Of a DNA stretch of 64,000 nt, positions 1 through 7,911 are shown piece by piece. The stretch covers positions 448,001 to 512,000 of the forward strand of contig CAWFFN010000012.1 in assembly GCA_963815115.1 (NCBI GenBank). The letters run 5' to 3'. This DNA is from an uncultured delta proteobacterium (GTDB lineage: Bacteria; Desulfobacterota; Binatia; DP-6). Each line of letters begins with the position of its first letter. The first letter of the stretch is position 1. The position numbers were made by a program, and so were the translations under genes. The notes under the pieces were generated by a model, which did no database searches, was not told the DNA's origin, and saw only the letters and a program-made list of their open reading frames with translations.

Positions 1-1415
1 TCTCCGCGCAGGCCACCCTCGAAGCGGAGCCAGTCGGTGAAGAAGATCTGCTGCGCCCAGAAGCCGCTGAAGGAGTGCTCGCGGATGTACACGTCGTTCA
101 CCGTGAAGAAGCTCGTGCGGCGGACGGCGCGCTGCAGCTTCAAGTGGATGTCGTCCGTGCGGGTCTCGAGCGCGAGCTGGGTCTGCTGCGGGACGCTCGC
201 CAGGAACCAGTTCTTCGTGTAGCTCCCGCGCCCGCCGAACACGTAGCGCTTGTCCCCCTGGTAGATCTGGTCACCGGGGATGTACCTCGCGTTCGGCAGC
301 AGCGGACCGTCGCCGGTGTCCTCGATCCCGCCGCCCGGGAACTGCACGAAGCGCAGACCGCTGTTGGCGAAGAACGTGAAGTCGGACCACAGGCGGAGCT
401 TGTAGCGCTGCGCGTAGCCGTGCACCTCCCACGTGTCCGTCGCGGTCGGGGTGTAGCGCCAGTCGAGGAGGAGGTTCTGGCGGTCGGTGCGCCCGCCCTC
501 CGTCGGGTCGATGGAGCCGAACTGGTCGAGCTTTCCCTCCGCCACGAGACGCGCGGGGATCTGCCCCGAGCCGTCCCAGTCGGCGGCGTAGCCCTGCACC
601 GTCGCCGACAGCTTCGAGTCCGGCGTGGGATCGAGCGTCACCCTGCCCTGACCGTTGTAGCGCGCCAGGTTCTCGGGATGGATGAAGGGGCCGTTGGTGT
701 AGAACGCCTGCCCGGCGAACAAGGTCTTCACGTTGCCGAGCTGGGGTGAAGCGCCGAAGACGTAGCGCATGGTCTGGAAGGAGCCGCCCTCGGCCTTCAC
801 GAAGTTCTCCTTGAACTCCTCCTTCGTAATCAGCTTGACCGCGCCGGCAGTGGCGAAATCGCCGAACTGCGGAAAGTACGGCCCCTTGTAGAGCTCGACC
901 CGGTCGATCACCTCGGGAATGAGGAAGTTCGGGTCGGCGTAGCCCTGTCCGTGCGCGTGCGACACCAGGTTGATCGGCATGTCGTCGGCATAGACGGCGA
1001 CGTCGGTGCCGTGGTCGGCGTCGAAGCCGCGCAGGAACCACTGCGGCGCCTTGGAGCCGCCCTGATGCTGGGCGACCAGCAGCCCGGGGATGTTGTTGAG
1101 CACCTGCATGATGGTCAGGTGCGGGCGCTCCATGAAGTCCCTGGCGCGCAGCTCGCGCGACGACGCCGCCGACACCGGGCGCTGCGCCTCGACCACCAGC
1201 TCCTGCAGGCGTGTCTCGCCGCCCTGCCGCGCCGGCGAGGTCTGACCCGAGTCCTGTCCCGCAGGCGGATCCTCGCAGCGATCGCCGGCTGGCTGGCCGG
1301 CGGCGTCGGCGGCGTCCGGCTGGCGCGCGTCGTCCGCGGCCCGCACCGCTGCGGTGCAGACGAGACACGAGATCGTCATCGCGAAGAAGGCCGTTCCGGC
1401 TTTCCCCGGTCGCAT
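1..1415 (-). CDS. TonB-dependent receptor, probably Ni/Co uptake (runs off the left window edge)
   Basis: Not in the ORF track because it has no stop in the window. Manual translation from ATG 1415 (RBS GGGGAGGGG): MRPGKAGTAFFAMTISCLVCTAAVRA signal-like N-terminus, TonB-box-like ELVVEA, plug motifs FLRGFDADHGTD, HAHGQGYAD and IDRVELYKGPY. The codons at the left window edge are in the same frame. Confidence 0.9.
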   Translation of the reverse strand, partial: MRPGKAGTAFFAMTISCLVCTAAVRAADDARQPDAADAAGQPAGDRCEDPPAGQDSGQTSPARQGGETRLQELVVEAQRPVSAASSRELRARDFMERPHLTIMQVLNNIPGLLVAQHQGGSKAPQWFLRGFDADHGTDVAVYADDMPINLVSHAHGQGYADPNFLIPEVIDRVELYKGPYFPQFGDFATAGAVKLITKEEFKENFVKAEGGSFQTMRYVFGASPQLGNVKTLFAGQAFYTNGPFIHPENLARYNGQGRVTLDPTPDSKLSATVQGYAADWDGSGQIPARLVAEGKLDQFGSIDPTEGGRTDRQNLLLDWRYTPTATDTWEVHGYAQRYKLRLWSDFTFFANSGLRFVQFPGGGIEDTGDGPLLPNARYIPGDQIYQGDKRYVFGGRGSYTKNWFLASVPQQTQLALETRTDDIHLKLQRAVRRTSFFTVNDVYIREHSFSGFWAQQIFFTDWLRFEGGLRG

Positions 1416-1503
1416 GGCACATCCCCTCCCCGAACGATCGATCGCTCTACGGAGGCACTCCGCACTCGGATGAGGCTCCCGCGATCGTGAGAACGAGATC
1501 AGC

Positions 1504-1989
1504 TCACCGGGGCGAAGGAGGGGCGCGGGATCGGCTCGGGACGGCGACGGCGACGACGTGCCGTTCGCGGGTGGCGCCGGCCAGCAGGGCTACCGGCGCC
1601 GGGCGCGGGAGATGGATCCGTCTGGCCGGAGCGACGCGGTGAAAGGGCGAGGTCGCGCGCGCGTGCCAGGTCCACGGGACCCCCGCGGTGCGCAGCGCGC
1701 AGCCGCGGTCGCCATCGGGGTCGGATCCCGTGTTCGCATGGTCGTGGTCGTGATGGTGGAGCGCCGCCGTCTCCGCCGGCCCGAGGTGCACGTGCGGTCG
1801 GGAGCCTCCGGCGTGGCGATGAACCTCGAGCCCCGCCGGCTGCGTCGACACGGCGGCGGCGAAGCAGATCAGCACCAGCGCGGCGCCGCGAGACCTCGTG
1901 CTCCTGCGCCGCGCGCGCTGGCCGGCGACGTGCGCCGAGCCGGCAGGTCGGCACGGCGCTCGCGCGATCCGCTGCCGGGCAGCGTCCAT
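1504..1989 (-). CDS. His-rich leader protein with C-terminal RAPP motif (putative ribosome-arrest regulator of the receptor)
   Basis: Hydrophobic segment GAALVLICFAAAVST, His motifs HRH/HVH/HHHDHDH, C-terminus SRAPPSPR. Ends 88 nt upstream of the receptor ATG. Confidence 0.65.
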   Translation of the reverse strand: MDAARQRIARAPCRPAGSAHVAGQRARRRSTRSRGAALVLICFAAAVSTQPAGLEVHRHAGGSRPHVHLGPAETAALHHHDHDHANTGSDPDGDRGCALRTAGVPWTWHARATSPFHRVAPARRIHLPRPAPVALLAGATRERHVVAVAVPSRSRAPPSPR

Positions 1990-2014
1990 CGCCGCGGTGT
2001 AACACCATTCCCGG

Positions 2015-2041
2015 GTGGCACGAAAGTGCCAGTCGTAACAC
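2015..2041. promoter_or_regulatory. Putative NikR operator
   Basis: GTGGCA-N15-TAACAC, a 10/12 match to the palindrome GTGTTA-N15-TAACAC. Lies between nikR and the leader/receptor unit; an extra GTAACAC half-site is at 1999-2005. Confidence 0.55.
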
Positions 2042-2086
2042 CGTCACATCGTGACGCGGCATCCCGCTCCGCCAGACCGCGCGCAG

Positions 2087-2575
2087 CTATCCGAGGCCTT
2101 TTCCGGTCGTCGCCAGGGTCAGGCGGCCGTGCTTCACCCCGCGCGTCGCGATGAGGCGATCGGCGAGCGCCCGCAGCCGCCGGGCACGGCCGCGCACGAC
2201 GAGCACCTCGAGACAGTGGTCGGCATCCATGTGCACGTGGAGCGCCGAGACGATCTCCGCGTAGGAGCGATGCTGGGCCGCCATCAGCCGGCCGGGCAGC
2301 AGCCGGGCATGGTGGTCGTAGACGAGGGTGATGGTGGCGACCGTCTCCGAGTCGCCGGTCTCCCACTCCTCCTCGACCAGGCCCTCGCGGACGAGGTCCC
2401 GAACCGCCTCGGAGCGGTTGGGGTACTCGCGCCGGGCCACCCATCGGTCGAGGCGCACGAGGAGGCGCTCGTCCATCGCCAGGCCGAACCGGACCAGATG
2501 CCCCGTGGCGTCGCGCGAGCGAGCACGCCGGCGCCGCGGTGGCGCCGCATGTCGGTGTTTACCGTTGGCGGACAT
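2087..2575 (-). CDS. nikR: Nickel-responsive transcriptional regulator NikR
   Basis: Ribbon-helix-helix RFGLAMDERLL..NRSEAVRDLVR; metal-binding domain LVYDHH, QH, HVHMD, HCLEV. Confidence 0.93.
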   Translation of the reverse strand: MSANGKHRHAAPPRRRRARSRDATGHLVRFGLAMDERLLVRLDRWVARREYPNRSEAVRDLVREGLVEEEWETGDSETVATITLVYDHHARLLPGRLMAAQHRSYAEIVSALHVHMDADHCLEVLVVRGRARRLRALADRLIATRGVKHGRLTLATTGKGLG

Positions 2576-2587
2576 GCACCGTCCTCT

Positions 2588-3700
2588 TCACCGCCGCCGG
2601 GCTCGCTCGAGCGAGACCAGCGTCTCGCCCTGCCACGTCCAGCGCAGCCGCGGGCGCCGGCGGCCGAGGCCCTTGCCGAGGACGTAGCCCGCGACCAGCG
2701 GCAGCGACACCGACGGCTCGACGAAGCACATCGCGGTCGAGGCCGCGGCGTCCACCTTGCCCCACGACTTGGCCTCGTCGAGCGTCGAGCCGGAGAGACC
2801 GCCCCAGTGCGGCACGTCGGTGGTGAGCTGCACGGCGTAGGCGTGTCCGCGCTCCTGACCGAAGAGGTAGGCCATGACGACCGCGTCGTTGATGTAGTTC
2901 TTGGGGACGCCGCCGGCGATGTAGATGGCGGCGGTCGCGGGGGAGCGCACCATCGTCTGCACGAGCTCGTGGTTGTCTGCGATGGAATCGATCCCCATCC
3001 CGCGCCGGTCCTGGCGCCGCGCGCGCACCCGGTGCTCGGTCAGGCCGATGCCGATCGACGAGTCGTTCAGCGCCGGGCTGAAGACGGGCACGCCTCGCTT
3101 GCGGCACGTGACGAGGATCGATTCCGGGTCGTCGAGACGCCGGGACAGCTCGGCGATGAAGGCGCGAGACGAGTAGCTGCCGTCCGGCAGCTCGTCAGCG
3201 ACCCGCCCGCACCAGGCGTCGCACTCCCAGAACATCTCCTCGTCCACGTAGGTGTCGTAGATCCGGTCGACACGGAGGCGGTGCAGGAGCGCGTCGTCGG
3301 CCTGCGGGCTGCCGCGATAGTGACGCCCGCCACGCGCCTGGTAGAGGTCCTGGTAGAGGATCGCCCCGGTCGCCACCACGACGTCGACCACGCCCGCGTC
3401 GATCAGGTCGCGGATCACGCGGCGCAACCCCGCCGCGATGAGCGGTCCCGCGAGCCCGAGATAGACGGTCGGCCGGCGGCGATCGGCGAGCATGCGCTCG
3501 AGCACCCTGGCGACGCTCCCGAGCGCCCGCGCCTGGATGCCCGCGTCGGCGTACTGCGAGACCAGGTCGACCACGCTCGTGCCGCGCCCGACCCGCACGG
3601 CCCGGTTGGGTCGTGCGAGGATGGTCCGCTTGCGCTTACGCTGCCCGGGCGAGAGGGTGGGAAGGCCGTCGAAGCCGCTGCCGCGGAGAAGCGTCTTCAT
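2588..3700 (-). CDS. Deoxyhypusine synthase-like protein
   Basis: Motifs GGVPKNY, GGLSGSTLDEAKSWGKV (catalytic Lys), VFSPALNDSSIG, RIYD. Confidence 0.88.
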   Translation of the reverse strand: MKTLLRGSGFDGLPTLSPGQRKRKRTILARPNRAVRVGRGTSVVDLVSQYADAGIQARALGSVARVLERMLADRRRPTVYLGLAGPLIAAGLRRVIRDLIDAGVVDVVVATGAILYQDLYQARGGRHYRGSPQADDALLHRLRVDRIYDTYVDEEMFWECDAWCGRVADELPDGSYSSRAFIAELSRRLDDPESILVTCRKRGVPVFSPALNDSSIGIGLTEHRVRARRQDRRGMGIDSIADNHELVQTMVRSPATAAIYIAGGVPKNYINDAVVMAYLFGQERGHAYAVQLTTDVPHWGGLSGSTLDEAKSWGKVDAAASTAMCFVEPSVSLPLVAGYVLGKGLGRRRPRLRWTWQGETLVSLERARRR

Positions 3701-3741
3701 GCCGGCTGCGATGTAGCACGCTGCCGGCGGAATCCGAAAAC

Positions 3742-3936
3742 TCAGTGCCCGTGGTGATGGTGCTCGTCGTGGTCGTGGTCGTGGTGGCTGTGGGTCACGC
3801 CGTCGTGCGTGTGCTCGTGTGTGTGCTTCCCGGGCGCCTGGCCGCCGTGCGAGTGTTCATGGTGTCCGTCGTCGTGAACGTGCTCGTGGCTGTGCGTCAC
3901 CTTGTCGTGCTGATGTGGGTGCTGGTGCTGGCCCAT
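3742..3936 (-). CDS. 64-aa histidine-rich putative metal-binding protein
   Basis: Strong RBS GGAGGAGG before ATG 3936. MGQHQHPHQHDKVTHSHEH...HHHHGH has 26 His in 64 aa. Confidence 0.8.
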   Translation of the reverse strand: MGQHQHPHQHDKVTHSHEHVHDDGHHEHSHGGQAPGKHTHEHTHDGVTHSHHDHDHDEHHHHGH

Positions 3937-3962
3937 GTGGTCCTCCTCCCTCCCGATGACTA

Positions 3963-4688
3963 TCAGCCCTGGACGGTGCCGACCAGTACGATCGGGCCGG
4001 TGGGACTCTTCGAGCCGCCGGCCGGCTCGATGGACACCGCGAAGGCCGTGATCTCGGTGGGTCGCTCCAGCTTCGCGACCTGCGTCAGGTAGACGGCGCG
4101 GCCGCTCACCGCGAGCAGGCCGGCCGGCTCCGGCGGGGCATCGCCGCGCAGCGCCCACAGCTCGTAGACCTTGTTCGGGTCGAGCGCCTGGACGTCGGCC
4201 AGCACCACGGCGCCCTCGCCGGTCGCGGCGTCGACCTGGACGCGGCCGCTGCCGCTGAAGCCTTCCTTCGCCCCCAGCGATGCCGACAGGGTACGTGGGC
4301 CACCCATGATGCGCAGCGCGCGTGCCTGGGCGTCGAGCGACTCGCGCAGGCTGGCGAGCGTCCGGTCCTGGGTATCGAGGCGCGCCGTCAGCTCGGCGTT
4401 GGCGCGACCGAGGGACGCGAGCTCGTCGAGCTCGCGGTGACGGAGACCGCGCTCGCGTGCCAGCAGGCCGCCGAGGGCCAGGGCGACTGTCGCGGCGAGC
4501 GCGCCGACGGCGAGCCAGCGCGTCCGCGATCGGCGGGTCGCCGCCGTCGCGACCTCGGCGCGCGCGGTCGCGATGACGCGGCGGCGAAGCGCCGCAGGTG
4601 GCGTCGCGGCGTAGGCCTCGGCCAGCGTCTCGAGGGTGAGATCGTCGAGCGCGCGGTCGTCGACGCCTATGGTCTGCTGGTCAGGCAT
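3963..4688 (-). CDS. Anti-sigma factor, RskA family
   Basis: PPAALRRRV motif, one TM helix, coiled coil, C-terminal VYELWAL and [22 protein letters not shown]. Overlaps the sigma gene. Confidence 0.88.
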   Translation of the reverse strand: MPDQQTIGVDDRALDDLTLETLAEAYAATPPAALRRRVIATARAEVATAATRRSRTRWLAVGALAATVALALGGLLARERGLRHRELDELASLGRANAELTARLDTQDRTLASLRESLDAQARALRIMGGPRTLSASLGAKEGFSGSGRVQVDAATGEGAVVLADVQALDPNKVYELWALRGDAPPEPAGLLAVSGRAVYLTQVAKLERPTEITAFAVSIEPAGGSKSPTGPIVLVGTVQG

Positions 4689-5241
4689 GAGCTTCCTTCT
4701 GCGCGAGGTGCGCGCGCAGCTTGAGCACGCCGTCGCGGATGCGCGTCTTGACGGTGCCGAGCGGCATCTGCTCGCGGGCGGCGATCTCGCTGTGCGTCAG
4801 CTCCTCGAAATACGCGATCTCGATGGCGCGCCGCTGCTCCTGGGGGAGCGCGGCGAGCGCCTCGCGGACGAGCGCGGCGCGCTCCGCGCGCGCCACCGCG
4901 TCGTCGGGACGCTCGGGCGCCGGTACGATGTCGCCCGGGTCCGAGCTGCGCTTCTCCGCTCGATCGCGCGAGCCGCGCGCGCGGAGGTGGTCGATGACCA
5001 GGTTGCGCACCAGGCGCAGAAACCATGCCCGCGGGCCACCGCGTCCCGGATCGAAGCGTTCCGCACGGCGCCACACGCGCAGGAACGCCTCCTGCACCGT
5101 ATCCTCGGCCAGGTCGGAGTTGCCCGCGATGCGCAGCGCGAGGCCGTAGGCGAGCGGCGAGAGCCGGTCGTAGAGCTCGCCGAGCGCGCGATCGTCGCCC
5201 CGTGCCACGCGGGAGAGGAGCGCCGTCTCGATGTCCGCCAC
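4681..5241 (-). CDS. ECF sigma factor (SigK-like)
   Basis: [13 protein letters not shown] region 2; [22 protein letters not shown] region 4. Confidence 0.92.
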   Translation of the reverse strand: MADIETALLSRVARGDDRALGELYDRLSPLAYGLALRIAGNSDLAEDTVQEAFLRVWRRAERFDPGRGGPRAWFLRLVRNLVIDHLRARGSRDRAEKRSSDPGDIVPAPERPDDAVARAERAALVREALAALPQEQRRAIEIAYFEELTHSEIAAREQMPLGTVKTRIRDGVLKLRAHLAQKEAHA

Positions 5242-5262
5242 GTCGGCCAGCGTCGTCTTCTC

Positions 5263-6000
5263 CTAGACCAGCAAGCCCGCGTCGATGCCGATCTCCCAGG
5301 CGAGCAGGAGGCCGACGGCGATGCTCCCCACGCCCGCCGCGGTACGCAGCGCGAGATCGACGCGAGCGAAGCGCGCGCCGGCGAGGACGAACGGCACGCC
5401 GAGGAGCGTGCTCATCATCATCATCCCGCCGATCGAGCCCACGCCGAAGACGGCGATGTAGGCGAACGCGACCGCGGGGCTGGGGATGGTGGCCAGTACG
5501 GCGAGCATCAGCGCGGCGCTGCCCGCGAGCCCGTGGACGAGCCCGACCAGGAACGGGCGGCGCGCGTTCACCATCGGATGGTGGACCGGATGGTGGTGCG
5601 GCTCGGCGGGGGGTTCGCCGGCGGCATGGACGTGCGCGTGGACGTGGTGGTGGCGGCCGTGCTCGTGGGCGTGCACGTGGAGCGTCGCACCGCGGCGGAT
5701 GGTGCGCAGGAGGTTGAGACCGAGGACGATCAGCATCACGGCCACGCCGAGCTCGAGCCCCTGTGCGAGGCGCGGCGGGATCTCGGTGTGCAATGCGATC
5801 ACCACGACCCCGGCGATGAGCAGGGACGCGGTGTGGCCGAGCCCCCACACGGCACCTACCAGCGACGACCGCCACAGGCTGCGACGCTGGCTCACGATGG
5901 TCGACACCGCCGCCAGGTGGTCGACGTCGAGCGCGTGCCGCAGCCCGAGCACGAAGCCGAGACCGAGCACGGCGAGCGGGCTGGTCGACGGCGCCATCAC
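5263..6000 (-). CDS. UreH/NiCoT-like nickel/cobalt transporter
   Basis: LGLRHALDVDHLAAV, WGLGHT, GLVHGLAGSA and a His-rich loop. Confidence 0.85.
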   Translation of the reverse strand: MMAPSTSPLAVLGLGFVLGLRHALDVDHLAAVSTIVSQRRSLWRSSLVGAVWGLGHTASLLIAGVVVIALHTEIPPRLAQGLELGVAVMLIVLGLNLLRTIRRGATLHVHAHEHGRHHHVHAHVHAAGEPPAEPHHHPVHHPMVNARRPFLVGLVHGLAGSAALMLAVLATIPSPAVAFAYIAVFGVGSIGGMMMMSTLLGVPFVLAGARFARVDLALRTAAGVGSIAVGLLLAWEIGIDAGLLV

Positions 6001-7454
6001 GCGGCCATCTGCGCCAGGGCTTCGACCACGACGGCGAGCCCGGCCAGAGAGATGACGACGGCGCTGGCCACCGGGGCGTAGCGCGCGAAGCGGCCGTCGA
6101 GGGGCAGCCGGTCGACGAGACCGCGGGCATAGACCAGGACGATGCCGATGCCGGTCAGCACGGCGGCCAGCCCGATGCTGAACGCGACGATGAGCGCGAG
6201 CCCGAAGGCGACACGCCCGAGCGCGATGGCGCCCAGCATCACGACCAGGGCGGACGGGCAGGGCAGCAGCCCGCCCGAGATGCCGAGGGCGACGAGGCTG
6301 CGGAGGGTGATCGGCGTGCCGGGCGGCGGAAGGTGATCATGACCATGATCTTGGCCGTGAGCATGCCCATGATCGTGGTCGTGGTGATGGTGATCATGCG
6401 CGTGGTCGTGGTCGTGATGATCGTGATGGTGGTGCTGGCCCGCCGCCACGTGCAGCCGGGACATGGCGAGCGATGCGCCCACGGCGACCACGAGCAGACC
6501 CGAGATCACGCTGATCCAGGGAAAGAGCCGTTCGGGCACGATCCAGGCCGACGCTGCCAGCGTGCCGAGGCCGAGCAGGTAGACACCGAGCGTGTGCGTC
6601 GCGGTCACCACGAGCCCGAGGAGCAGCGCATGGCGTGCCGTGCCGCGTGATCCGACGAGATAGGCTCCGACCACCGTCTTGCCGTGTCCGGGCGTGAGGG
6701 CGTGCAAACCCCCGAGCATCGCGGCGACGATCAGCGAGGTGAGGATGGCCCAGGGGCCGAGCGGCGTCGGATTGGAGATCAGCGCGGTGAATCGGTCGCC
6801 GAAGCGCTCGGCGCTGCTCCGCGCGGCCGCAGGCGGCGCGGCGGTCCCGGTCGATGCGGTGTTGGCGCCGATGGTGAAGTGCGCTGCGGACACCTGGAGC
6901 GGCGCCTGCAGCATGCTGTCGGGGTAGGCGCGCAGGGCGCGGCTGACGTCGGCGGCGGGAACCGTCGAGCCCCGGAGGCTCATGCCGTTCCCGGCGGCGA
7001 CCACCTCCTGCCAGCCCGGACGGCCGGCGAAGTTGTGGTCGCGGAACACGACGTCGCCGTCGGGCCGCGGCAGCTCGGCTCGATACGTGACGTCGAGCCG
7101 CAGCGTCCTCAGGCCGCCCGCACCGGGGGCCAGCTCGAGCGTCGAGGCGATCGGCGTCGGCGCCAGTGCCACGCCGTCGCGTGTGAGCTCGAGCCCGCGC
7201 GCCAGCTCGGCTGCCTGTCGCGCCGTGTAGGCGTCGCGCTCGGCTGCATCGATGGCGCCGTTGCCGTCGGTGTCGACGAGTCCGATCTCGCGGTAGGCGG
7301 GGAGCTCGGCCAGATCGACCACGTAGGCGATGCGCACCGCCTGCGGCTCGACGGTGAGCGCGGCGTAGCGATTGGTGGTGAAGTTGCCGAGCGGATGGGC
7401 TCCGGCGATCGCCGAGACGGCGAGGACGGCCAGCGTGGTGAGCCAGCTCTTCAT
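5997..7454 (-). CDS. RcnA/NiCoT-family Ni/Co transporter with N-terminal periplasmic domain
   Basis: Signal peptide then AHPLGNF; HALTPGHGKTVV, THT, poly-His loop, GGLLPCPSA. Confidence 0.87.
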   Translation of the reverse strand: MKSWLTTLAVLAVSAIAGAHPLGNFTTNRYAALTVEPQAVRIAYVVDLAELPAYREIGLVDTDGNGAIDAAERDAYTARQAAELARGLELTRDGVALAPTPIASTLELAPGAGGLRTLRLDVTYRAELPRPDGDVVFRDHNFAGRPGWQEVVAAGNGMSLRGSTVPAADVSRALRAYPDSMLQAPLQVSAAHFTIGANTASTGTAAPPAAARSSAERFGDRFTALISNPTPLGPWAILTSLIVAAMLGGLHALTPGHGKTVVGAYLVGSRGTARHALLLGLVVTATHTLGVYLLGLGTLAASAWIVPERLFPWISVISGLLVVAVGASLAMSRLHVAAGQHHHHDHHDHDHAHDHHHHDHDHGHAHGQDHGHDHLPPPGTPITLRSLVALGISGGLLPCPSALVVMLGAIALGRVAFGLALIVAFSIGLAAVLTGIGIVLVYARGLVDRLPLDGRFARYAPVASAVVISLAGLAVVVEALAQMAA

Positions 7455-7684
7455 CGTGCATCCCGATGATCGGCGCGGGCCAGGCGCTGGCCCTCGAGGG
7501 CGTCCAGCGCGGCACGGGCCATCGGGCCCTGACGTACGTCGAAGGCCGGGTCGAGCGCAAGCGAGCGCGAGCGATGGCGGAGCGCCGTCCGGGGCCGACC
7601 GAGCGCCCTGGCGGCCATCGCTCCGTGGCAGCGCAGCGAGGCCCCCTCGGTGCCGAGCCGCAGCGCCCGAGGCCCGAACCGCAT
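7451..7684 (-). pseudogene. C-terminal remnant of a TPR protein
   Basis: ALRLGTEGASLRCHGAMAARALG..SLALDPAFDVRQGPMARAAL resembles the C-terminus of TPR proteins that precede this transporter type. Its TGA overlaps the transporter ATG (ATGA). Confidence 0.5.
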
Positions 7685-7911
7685 GCGATCATCCCCATGT
7701 CCTTGTCCCACTCGAGACTCCTCGCCGCGGCGGTTGCCGCCGACCGTCCCCCAGCCTACGGACGGTACACGGTTCCCGGATGGGTCGGGCGTGGGACGCA
7801 GATGGCCGGGGCGCCGCCGCTCGCCACACGTGCTCTCGCACGGAGGGGGGATCGGACGAGCGGCGACGCCCCGCAGGACAGCCGGGAGACGTGGGGTCCC
7901 CCCGACCGCGG

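Noticed and set aside
3693-3719. Second NikR-like half-site (GTAGCAC) at the start of the dhs-like gene
   Set aside because: The partner half-site matches poorly; insufficient support.
6330-6440. Short tandem repeats (GTGATG/GTCGTG) here and at 3742-3936
   Set aside because: Explained by His/Asp codons in His-rich proteins; not CRISPR or VNTR.
7690-7910. Possible cobalamin or NiCo riboswitch upstream of the Ni/Co transporter
   Set aside because: GGGAA and hairpins are present, but I could not find the B12-box or other conserved cores; an Rfam/Infernal scan would settle it.
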